64,000 nucleotides of DNA from Eledone cirrhosa (Eukaryota). The notes beneath the pieces were generated by a model, which was not told the DNA's origin, made no database searches, and worked only from the letters and a program-made list of their open reading frames with translations. The stretch's first letter is position 1, and each line of letters starts with the position of its first letter. The stretch covers positions 1,860,001 to 1,924,000 of the forward strand of contig CAXHJY010000096.1 in the NCBI GenBank assembly GCA_964016885.1. Direction: 5' to 3'. The translations under genes were made by a program, and so were the position numbers. Shown here in pieces: positions 51,225 to 63,200 of this stretch.

Positions 51225-54200
51225 AAGGGGAGGTAATTTCCAGCCGTCCAAGGGGAGATAAATTAAAAAAAAAATCAGGCGGAGATAATTTGTAAAAAAA
51301 ATCAAGGGGAGATAATTTGCAGCCGTCCAATGGGAGATAATTTTCAGTCGTCCAAGGAGAGGTAATTTCTAGCCGTCCAAGGGGAGATAATTTCCAGCCG
51401 TCCAAGGGGAGATAATTTCCAGCCGTCCAAGGGGAGATAATTTTTTTTTTTAAAAATCAGGCGGAGATAATTTGTAAAAAAAATCAGGGGGAGATAATTT
51501 GTAAACAAAATCAGGGGGAGATAATTTGTAAAAAAAAATCAGGGGGAGATAATTTGTAAAAAAAATTAGGCGTAGATAATTTGTAAAAAAAAATCAGGGG
51601 GAGATAATTTGTAAAAAAAAATCAGGGGGAGATAATTTGTTTAAAAAATCAAGGGGAGATAATTTGCAGCCGTCCAAGGGGAGATAATTTTCAGCCGTCC
51701 AAGGAGAGGTAATTTCTAGCCGTTCAAGGGGAGATAATTTCCAGCCGTCCAAGGGGAGATAATTTCCAGCCGTCCAAGGGGAGATAATTTTTTTTAAAAA
51801 ATCAGGCGGAGATAATTTGTAAAAAAAAATCAGGGGGAGATAATTCGTAAAAAAAAATCAGGGGGAGATAATTTGTAAAAAAAAATCAGGGGGAGATAAT
51901 TTGTAAAAAAAATCAAGGGGAGATAATTTCCAGCCGTCCAAGGGGAGGTAATATCTAGCCGTCCAAGGGGAGATAATTTCCAGCCGTCCAAGGGGAGATA
52001 ATTTCCAGCCGTCCAAGGGGAGATAATTTCCAGCCGTCCAAGGAGACATATTTTCCAGCCGTCCAAGGCGAGGTAATTTCTAGCCGTCCAAGGGGAGATA
52101 AATTCCAGCCTCCAAGGGGAGATAATTTCCAGCCAGCCAAGGGGAGATAATTTGTAAAAAAATCAGGGGGAGATAATTTGTAAAAAATATCAGGGAGATA
52201 ATTTGTAAAAAAAAATCAGGGGGAGATAATTTGTAAAAAAAATCAGGGGGAGATAATTTGTAAAAAAAAATCAGGGGGAGATAATTTGTAAAAAAAATCA
52301 AGGGGAGATAATTTCCAGCCGTCCAAGGGGAGATAATTTTCAGCCGTCCAAGGAGAGGTAATTTCTAGCCGTCCGAGGAGAGATAATTTCCAGCCGTCCA
52401 AGGGGAGATAATTTCCAGCCGTCCAAGGGGAGATAATTTCCAGCCGTCCAAGGAGACATATTTTCCAGCCGTCCAAGGAGAGGTAATTTCTAGCCGTCCA
52501 AGGGGAGATAAATTCCAGCCTCCAAGGGGAGATAATTTCCAGCCAGCCAAGGGGAGATAATTTGTAAAAAAATCAGGGGGAGATAATTTGCAAAAAAAAT
52601 CAGGGGGAGATAATTTGTAAAAAAATCAGGGGGAGATAATTTGTAAAAAATAATCAGGGGGAGATAATTTCCAGCCGTCGAAGGGGAGATAATTTAAAAA
52701 AAAATCAGGCGGAGATAATTTGTAAAAAAAAATCAGGGGGAGATAATTTGTAAAAAAAAATCAGGGGGAGATAATTTGTAAAATAAATCAAGGGGAGATA
52801 ATTTCCAGCCGTCCAAGGGGAGATAATTTTCAGCCGTCCAAGGGGAGATAATTTCCCGCCAGCCAAGGGAAGATAATATTTAAAAAAATCAGGCGGAGAT
52901 AATTTGTAAAAAAAATCAGGGGGAGATAATTTGTAAAAAAATCAGGGGGAGATAATTTGTAAAAAAAAATCAGGGGGCGATAATTTGTAAAAAAAATCAG
53001 GGGGAGATAATTTGTAAAAAAAAATCAGGGGGAGATAATTTGTAAAAAAAAATCAGGGGGAGATAATTTGTAAAAAAAATGAAAGGGGAGATAATATCCA
53101 GCCGTCCAAGGGGAGATAATTTCCAGCCGTCCAAGGGGAGATAATTTCCAGCCGTCCAAGGGGAGATAATTTCCATCCTTCCAAGGGGATATAATTTCCA
53201 GCCGTCCAAGGGGAGATAATTTCCATCCTTCCAAGGGGATATAATTTCCAGCCGTCCAAGGGGAGATAATTTTCAGCCGTCCAAGGAGAGGTAATTTCTA
53301 GCCGTCCAAGGAGAGATAATTTCCAGCCGTCCAAGGGGAGATAATTTCCAGCCGTCCAAGGGGAGATAATTTCCAGCCGTCCAAGGAGACATATTTTCCA
53401 GCCGTCCAAGGAGAGGTAATTCCTAGCCGTCCAAGGGGAGATAAATTCCAGCCTCCAAGGGGAGATAATTTCCAGCCAGCCAAGGGGAGATCATTTGTAA
53501 AAAAAATCAGGGGGAGATAATTTGTAAAAAAAATCAGGGGGAGATAATTTGTAAAAAAAAATCAGAGGGAGATAATTTGTAAAAAATAATCAGGGGGAGA
53601 TAATTTGTAAAAAAAATCAAGGGGAGATAATTTCCAGCCGTCCAAGGGGAGATAATTTTCAGCCGTCCAAGGGGAGATAATTTTCAGCCGTCCAAGGAGA
53701 GGTAATTTCTAGCCGTCCAAGGAGAGATAATTTCCAGCCGTCCAAGGGGAGATAATTTCCAGCCGTCCAAGGGGAGATAATTTCCAGCCGTCCAAGGAGA
53801 CATATTTTCCAGCCGTCCAAGGAGAGGTAATTCCTAGCCGTCCAAGGGGAGATAAATTCCAGCCTCCAAGGGGAGATAATTTCCAGCCAGCCAAGGGGAG
53901 ATCATTTGTAAAAAAAATCAGGGGGAGATAATTTGTAAAAAAAATCAGGGGGAGATAATTTGTAAAAAAAATCAAGGGGAGATAATTTCCAGCCGTCCAA
54001 GGGGAGATAATTTTCAGCTGTCCAAGGAGAGGTAATTTCTAGCCGTCCAAGGGGAGATAATTTCCAGCCGTCCAAGGGGAGGTAATTTCCAGCCGTCCAA
54101 GGGGAGATAATTTTAAAAAAAAAATCAGGCGGAGATAATTTGTAAAAAAAATCAAGGGGAGATAATTTGCAGCCGTCCAAGGGGAGATAATTTTCAGTCG

Positions 54201-57200
54201 TCCAAGGAGAGGTAATTTCTAGCCGTCCAAGGGGAGATAATTGCCAGCCGTCCAAGGGGAGATAATTTCCAGCCGTCCAAGGGGAGATAATTTTTTTTAA
54301 AAAATCAGGCGGAGATAATTTGTAAAAAAAATCAGGGGGAGATAATTTGTAAACAAAATCAGGGGGAGATAATTTGTAAAAAAAAATCAGGGGGAGATAA
54401 TTTGTAAAAAAAATCATGGAGAGATAATTTCCAGCCGTCCAAGGTGAGATAATTTCCAGCCGTCCAAGGAGACATATTTTCCAGCCGTCCAAGGCGAGGT
54501 AATTTCTAGCCGTCCAAGGGGCGATAAATTCCAGCCTCCAAGGGGAGATAATTTCCAGCCAGCCAAGTGGAGATAATTTGTAAAAAAATCAGGGGGAGAT
54601 AATTTGTAAAAAATATCAGGAAGATAATTTGTAAAAAAAAATCAGGGGGAGATAATTTGTAAAAAAAATCAGGGGGAGATAATTTGTAAAAAAAAATCAG
54701 GGGGAGATAATTTGTAAAAAAAATCAAGGGGAGATAATTTCCAGCCGTCCAAGGGGAGATAATTTTCAGCCGTCCAAGGGGAGATAATTTCCCGCCAGCC
54801 ATGGGAAGATAATATTTAAAAAAATCAGGCGGAGATAATTTGTAAAAAAAATCAGGGGGAGATAATTTGTAAAAAAATCAGGGGGAGATAATTTGTAAAA
54901 AAAAAATCAGGGGGAGATAATTTGTAAAAAAAATCAGGGGGAGATAATTTGTAAAAAAAAATCAGGGGTAGATAATTTGTAAAAAAAAATCAGGGGGAGA
55001 TAATTTGTAAAAAAAAATCAGGGGGAGATAATTTGTAAAAAAATGAAAGGGGAGATAATATCCAGCCGTCCAAGGGGAGATAATTTCCAGCCGTCCAAGG
55101 GGATATAATTTCCAGCCGTCCAAGGGGAGATAATTTCCATCCTTCCAAGGGGATATAATTTCCAGCCGTCCAAGGGGAGATAATTTCCCGCCAGCCAAGG
55201 GAAGATAATTTTTAAAAAAATCAGGCGGAGATTGTAAAAAAAATCAGGGGGGAGATAATTTGTAAAAAAATCAGGAGGAGATAATTTGTAAAAAATAATC
55301 AGGGGGAGATAATTTGTAAAAAAATTCAAGGGGAGATAATTTCCAGCCGTCCAAGGGGAGATAATTTCCCGCCAGCCAAGGGAAGATAATATTTAAAAAA
55401 ATTAGGCGGAGATAATTTGTAAAAAAAATCAGGGGGAGATAATTTGTAATAAAATCAGGGGGAGATAATTTGTAAAAAAAATCAGGGGGAGATAATTTGT
55501 AAAAAAAATCATGGGGAGATAATTTGTAAAAAAAAATCAGGGGTAGATAATTTGTAAAAAAAAATCAGGGGGAGATAATTTGTAAAAAAAAATCAGGGGG
55601 AGATAATTTGTAAAAAAAATCAAGGGGAGATAATATCCAGCCGTCCAAGGAGAGATAATTTTAAAAAAAAATGAGGCGGAGATAATTTGTAAAAAAAAAA
55701 TCAGGGGGAGTTAATTTGTAAAAAAAAATGAGGGGGAGATAATTTGTAAAAAAAATCAAGGGGAGATAATTTCCAGCCGTCCAAGGGGAGATAATTTTCA
55801 GCCGTCCAAGGAGAGGTAATTTCTAGCCGTCCAAGGGGAGATAATTTCCAGCCGTCCAAGGGGAGGTAATTTCCAGCCGTCCAAGGGGAGATAAATTAAA
55901 AAAAAAATCAGGCGGAGATAATTTGTAAAAAAAATCAAGGGGAGATAATTTGCAGCCGTCCAATGGGAGATAATTTTCAGTCGTCCAAGGAGAGGTAATT
56001 TCTAGCCGTCCAAGGGGAGATAATTTCCAGCCGTCCAAGGGGAGATAATTTCCAGCCGTCCAAGGGGAGATAATTTTTTTTTAAAAATCAGGCGGAGATA
56101 ATTTGTAAAAAAAATCAGGGGGAGATAATTTGTAAACAAAATCAGGGGGAGATAATTTGTAAAAAAAAATCAGGGGGAGATAATTTGTAAAAAAAATTAG
56201 GCGTAGATAATTTGTAAAAAAAAATCAGGGGGAGATAATTTGTAAAAAAAAATCAGGGGGAGATAATTTGTTTAAAAAATCAAGGGGAGATAATTTGCAG
56301 CCGTCCAAGGGGAGATAATTTTCAGCCGTCCAAGGAGAGGTAATTTCTAGCCGTTCAAGGGGAGATAATTTCCAGCCGTCCAAGGGGAGATAATTTCCAG
56401 CCGTCCAAGGGGAGATAATTTTTTTTAAAAAATCAGGCGGAGATAATTTGTAAAAAAAAATCAGGGGGAGATAATTCGTAAAAAAAAATCAGGGGGAGAT
56501 AATTTGTAAAAAAAAATCAGGGGGAGATAATTTGTAAAAAAAATCAAGGGGAGATAATTTCCAGCCGTCCAAGGGGAGGTAATATCTAGCCGTCCAAGGG
56601 GAGATAATTTCCAGCCGTCCAAGGGGAGATAATTTCCAGCCGTCCAAGGGGAGATAATTTCCAGCCGTCCAAGGAGACATATTTTCCAGCCGTCCAAGGC
56701 GAGGTAATTTCTAGCCGTCCAAGGGGAGATAAATTCCAGCCTCCAAGGGGAGATAATTTCCAGCCAGCCAAGGGGAGATAATTTGTAAAAAAATCAGGGG
56801 GAGATAATTTGTAAAAAATATCAGGGAGATAATTTGTAAAAAAAAATCAGGGGGAGATAATTTGTAAAAAAAATCAGGGGGAGATAATTTGTAAAAAAAA
56901 ATCAGGGGGAGATAATTTGTAAAAAAAATCAAGGGGAGATAATTTCCAGCCGTCCAAGGGGAGATAATTTTCAGCCGTCCAAGGGGAGATAATTTCCCGC
57001 CAGCCAAGGGAAGATAATATTTAAAAAAATCAGGCGGAGATAATTTGTAAAAAAAATCAGGGGGAGATAATTTGTAAAAAAATCAGGGGGAGATAATTTG
57101 TAAAAAAAAATCAGGGGGCGATAATTTGTAAAAAAAATCAGGGGGAGATAATTTGTAAAAAAAAATCAGGGGGAGATAATTTGTAAAAAAAAATCAGGGG

Positions 57201-60200
57201 GAGATAATTTGTAAAAAAAATGAAAGGGGAGATAATATCCAGCCGTCCAAGGGGAGATAATTTCCAGCCGTCCAAGGGGAGATAATTTCCAGCCGTCCAA
57301 GGGGAGATAATTTCCATCCTTCCAAGGGGATATAATTTCCAGCCGTCCAAGGGGAGATAATTTCCATCCTTCCAAGGGGATATAATTTCCAGCCGTCCAA
57401 GGGGAGATAATTTTCAGCCGTCCAAGGAGAGGTAATTTCTAGCCGTCCAAGGAGAGATAATTTCCAGCCGTCCAAGGGGAGATAATTTCCAGCCGTCCAA
57501 GGGGAGATAATTTCCAGCCGTCCAAGGAGACATATTTTCCAGCCGTCCAAGGAGAGGTAATTCCTAGCCGTCCAAGGGGAGATAAATTCCAGCCTCCAAG
57601 GGGAGATAATTTCCAGCCAGCCAAGGGGAGATCATTTGTAAAAAAAATCAGGGGGAGATAATTTGTAAAAAAAATCAGGGGGAGATAATTTGTAAAAAAA
57701 AATCAGAGGGAGATAATTTGTAAAAAATAATCAGGGGGAGATAATTTGTAAAAAAAATCAAGGGGAGATAATTTCCAGCCGTCCAAGGGGAGATAATTTT
57801 CAGCCGTCCAAGGGGAGATAATTTTCAGCCGTCCAAGGAGAGGTAATTTCTAGCCGTCCAAGGAGAGATAATTTCCAGCCGTCCAAGGGGAGATAATTTC
57901 CAGCCGTCCAAGGGGAGATAATTTCCAGCCGTCCAAGGAGACATATTTTCCAGCCGTCCAAGGAGAGGTAATTCCTAGCCGTCCAAGGGGAGATAAATTC
58001 CAGCCTCCAAGGGGAGATAATTTCCAGCCAGCCAAGGGGAGATCATTTGTAAAAAAAATCAGGGGGAGATAATTTGTAAAAAAAATCAGGGGGAGATAAT
58101 TTGTAAAAAAAATCAAGGGGAGATAATTTCCAGCCGTCCAAGGGGAGATAATTTTCAGCTGTCCAAGGAGAGGTAATTTCTAGCCGTCCAAGGGGAGATA
58201 ATTTCCAGCCGTCCAAGGGGAGGTAATTTCCAGCCGTCCAAGGGGAGATAATTTTAAAAAAAAAATCAGGCGGAGATAATTTGTAAAAAAAATCAAGGGG
58301 AGATAATTTGCAGCCGTCCAAGGGGAGATAATTTTCAGTCGTCCAAGGAGAGGTAATTTCTAGCCGTCCAAGGGGAGATAATTGCCAGCCGTCCAAGGGG
58401 AGATAATTTCCAGCCGTCCAAGGGGAGATAATTTTTTTTAAAAAATCAGGCGGAGATAATTTGTAAAAAAAATCAGGGGGAGATAATTTGTAAACAAAAT
58501 CAGGGGGAGATAATTTGTAAAAAAAAATCAGGGGGAGATAATTTGTAAAAAAAATCATGGAGAGATAATTTCCAGCCGTCCAAGGTGAGATAATTTCCAG
58601 CCGTCCAAGGAGACATATTTTCCAGCCGTCCAAGGCGAGGTAATTTCTAGCCGTCCAAGGGGCGATAAATTCCAGCCTCCAAGGGGAGATAATTTCCAGC
58701 CAGCCAAGTGGAGATAATTTGTAAAAAAATCAGGGGGAGATAATTTGTAAAAAATATCAGGAAGATAATTTGTAAAAAAAAATCAGGGGGAGATAATTTG
58801 TAAAAAAAATCAGGGGGAGATAATTTGTAAAAAAAAATCAGGGGGAGATAATTTGTAAAAAAAATCAAGGGGAGATAATTTCCAGCCGTCCAAGGGGAGA
58901 TAATTTTCAGCCGTCCAAGGGGAGATAATTTCCCGCCAGCCATGGGAAGATAATATTTAAAAAAATCAGGCGGAGATAATTTGTAAAAAAAATCAGGGGG
59001 AGATAATTTGTAAAAAAATCAGGGGGAGATAATTTGTAAAAAAAAAATCAGGGGGAGATAATTTGTAAAAAAAATCAGGGGGAGATAATTTGTAAAAAAA
59101 AATCAGGGGTAGATAATTTGTAAAAAAAAATCAGGGGGAGATAATTTGTAAAAAAAAATCAGGGGGAGATAATTTGTAAAAAAATGAAAGGGGAGATAAT
59201 ATCCAGCCGTCCAAGGGGAGATAATTTCCAGCCGTCCAAGGGGATATAATTTCCAGCCGTCCAAGGGGAGATAATTTCCATCCTTCCAAGGGGATATAAT
59301 TTCCAGCCGTCCAAGGGGAGATAATTTCCCGCCAGCCAAGGGAAGATAATTTTTAAAAAAATCAGGCGGAGATTGTAAAAAAAATCAGGGGGGAGATAAT
59401 TTGTAAAAAAATCAGGAGGAGATAATTTGTAAAAAATAATCAGGGGGAGATAATTTGTAAAAAAATTCAAGGGGAGATAATTTCCAGCCGTCCAAGGGGA
59501 GATAATTTCCCGCCAGCCAAGGGAAGATAATATTTAAAAAAATTAGGCGGAGATAATTTGTAAAAAAAATCAGGGGGAGATAATTTGTAATAAAATCAGG
59601 GGGAGATAATTTGTAAAAAAAATCAGGGGGAGATAATTTGTAAAAAAAATCATGGGGAGATAATTTGTAAAAAAAAATCAGGGGTAGATAATTTGTAAAA
59701 AAAAATCAGGGGGAGATAATTTGTAAAAAAAAATCAGGGGGAGATAATTTGTAAAAAAAATCAAGGGGAGATAATATCCAGCCGTCCAAGGAGAGATAAT
59801 TTTAAAAAAAAATGAGGCGGAGATAATTTGTAAAAAAAAAATCAGGGGGAGTTAATTTGTAAAAAAAAATGAGGGGGAGATAATTTGTAAAAAAAATCAA
59901 GGGGAGATAATTTCCAGCCGTCCAAGGGGAGATAATTTTCAGCCGTCCAAGGAGAGGTAATTTCTAGCCGTCCAAGGGGAGATAATTTCCAGCCGTCCAA
60001 GGGGAGGTAATTTCCAGCCGTCCAAGGGGAGATAAATTAAAAAAAAAATCAGGCGGAGATAATTTGTAAAAAAAATCAAGGGGAGATAATTTGCAGCCGT
60101 CCAATGGGAGATAATTTTCAGTCGTCCAAGGAGAGGTAATTTCTAGCCGTCCAAGGGGAGATAATTTCCAGCCGTCCAAGGGGAGATAATTTCCAGCCGT

Positions 60201-63200
60201 CCAAGGGGAGATAATTTTTTTTTAAAAATCAGGCGGAGATAATTTGTAAAAAAAATCAGGGGGAGATAATTTGTAAACAAAATCAGGGGGAGATAATTTG
60301 TAAAAAAAAATCAGGGGGAGATAATTTGTAAAAAAAATTAGGCGTAGATAATTTGTAAAAAAAAATCAGGGGGAGATAATTTGTAAAAAAAAATCAGGGG
60401 GAGATAATTTGTTTAAAAAATCAAGGGGAGATAATTTGCAGCCGTCCAAGGGGAGATAATTTTCAGCCGTCCAAGGAGAGGTAATTTCTAGCCGTTCAAG
60501 GGGAGATAATTTCCAGCCGTCCAAGGGGAGATAATTTCCAGCCGTCCAAGGGGAGATAATTTTTTTTAAAAAATCAGGCGGAGATAATTTGTAAAAAAAA
60601 ATCAGGGGGAGATAATTCGTAAAAAAAAATCAGGGGGAGATAATTTGTAAAAAAAAATCAGGGGGAGATAATTTGTAAAAAAAATCAAGGGGAGATAATT
60701 TCCAGCCGTCCAAGGGGAGGTAATATCTAGCCGTCCAAGGGGAGATAATTTCCAGCCGTCCAAGGGGAGATAATTTCCAGCCGTCCAAGGGGAGATAATT
60801 TCCAGCCGTCCAAGGAGACATATTTTCCAGCCGTCCAAGGCGAGGTAATTTCTAGCCGTCCAAGGGGAGATAAATTCCAGCCTCCAAGGGGAGATAATTT
60901 CCAGCCAGCCAAGGGGAGATAATTTGTAAAAAAATCAGGGGGAGATAATTTGTAAAAAATATCAGGGAGATAATTTGTAAAAAAAAATCAGGGGGAGATA
61001 ATTTGTAAAAAAAATCAGGGGGAGATAATTTGTAAAAAAAAATCAGGGGGAGATAATTTGTAAAAAAAATCAAGGGGAGATAATTTCCAGCCGTCCAAGG
61101 GGAGATAATTTTCAGCCGTCCAAGGAGAGGTAATTTCTAGCCGTCCGAGGAGAGATAATTTCCAGCCGTCCAAGGGGAGATAATTTCCAGCCGTCCAAGG
61201 GGAGATAATTTCCAGCCGTCCAAGGAGACATATTTTCCAGCCGTCCAAGGAGAGGTAATTTCTAGCCGTCCAAGGGGAGATAAATTCCAGCCTCCAAGGG
61301 GAGTTAATTTCCAGCCAGCCAAGGGGAGATAATTTGTAAAAAAATCAGGGGGAGATAATTTGCAAAAAAAATCAGGGGGAGATAATTTGTAAAAAAATCA
61401 GGGGGAGATAATTTGTAAAAAATAATCAGGGGGAGATAATTTCCAGCCGTCGAAGGGGAGATAATTTAAAAAAAAATCAGGCGGAGATAATTTGTAAAAA
61501 AAAATCAGGGGGAGATAATTTGTAAAAAAAAATCAGGGGGAGATAATTTGTAAAATAAATCAAGGGGAGATAATTTCCAGCCGTCCAAGGGGAGATAATT
61601 TTCAGCCGTCCAAGGGGAGATAATTTCCCGCCAGCCAAGGGAAGATAATATTTAAAAAAATCAGGCGGAGATAATTTGTAAAAAAAATCAGGGGGAGATA
61701 ATTTGTAAAAAAATCAGGGGGAGATAATTTGTAAAAAAAAATCAGGGGGCGATAATTTGTAAAAAAAATCAGGGGGAGATAATTTGTAAAAAAAAATCAG
61801 GGGGAGATAATTTGTAAAAAAAAATCAGGGGGAGATAATTTGTAAAAAAAATGAAAGGGGAGATAATATCCAGCCGTCCAAGGGGAGATAATTTCCAGCC
61901 GTCCAAGGGGAGATAATTTCCAGCCGTCCAAGGGGAGATAATTTCCATCCTTCCAAGGGGATATAATTTCCAGCCGTCCAAGGGGAGATAATTTCCATCC
62001 TTCCAAGGGGATATAATTTCCAGCCGTCCAAGGGGAGATAATTTTCAGCCGTCCAAGGAGAGGTAATTTCTAGCCGTCCAAGGAGAGATAATTTCCAGCC
62101 GTCCAAGGGGAGATAATTTCCAGCCGTCCAAGGGGAGATAATTTCCAGCCGTCCAAGGAGACATATTTTCCAGCCGTCCAAGGAGAGGTAATTCCTAGCC
62201 GTCCAAGGGGAGATAAATTCCAGCCTCCAAGGGGAGATAATTTCCAGCCAGCCAAGGGGAGATCATTTGTAAAAAAAATCAGGGGGAGATAATTTGTAAA
62301 AAAAATCAGGGGGAGATAATTTGTAAAAAAAAATCAGAGGGAGATAATTTGTAAAAAATAATCAGGGGGAGATAATTTGTAAAAAAAATCAAGGGGAGAT
62401 AATTTCCAGCCGTCCAAGGGGAGATAATTTTCAGCCGTCCAAGGGGAGATAATTTTCAGCCGTCCAAGGAGAGGTAATTTCTAGCCGTCCAAGGAGAGAT
62501 AATTTCCAGCCGTCCAAGGGGAGATAATTTCCAGCCGTCCAAGGGGAGATAATTTCCAGCCGTCCAAGGAGACATATTTTCCAGCCGTCCAAGGAGAGGT
62601 AATTCCTAGCCGTCCAAGGGGAGATAAATTCCAGCCTCCAAGGGGAGATAATTTCCAGCCAGCCAAGGGGAGATCATTTGTAAAAAAAATCAGGGGGAGA
62701 TAATTTGTAAAAAAAATCAGGGGGAGATAATTTGTAAAAAAAAATCAGAGGGAGATAATTTGTAAAAAATAATCAGGGGGAGATAATTTGTAAAAAAAAT
62801 CAAGGGGAGATAATTTCCAGCCGTCCAAGGGGAGATAATTTTCAGCCGTCCAAGGGGAGATAATTTCCCGCCAGCCAAGGGAAGATAATATTTAAAAAAA
62901 TTAGGCGGAGATAATTTGTAAAAAAAATCAGGGGGAGATAATTTGTAAAAAAATCAGGGGGAGATAATTTGTAAAAAAAATCAGGGGGAGATAATTTGTA
63001 AAAAAAAATCAGGGGTAGATAATTTGTAAAAAAAAATCAGGGGGAGATAATTTGTAAAAAAAATCAGGGGGAGATAATTTGTAAAAAAAATCAGGGGGAG
63101 ATAATTTGTAAAAAAAAATCAGGGGTAGATAATTTGTAAAAAAAAATCAGGGGGAGATAATTTGTAAAAAAAATCAAGGGGAGATAATTTCCAGCCATCC

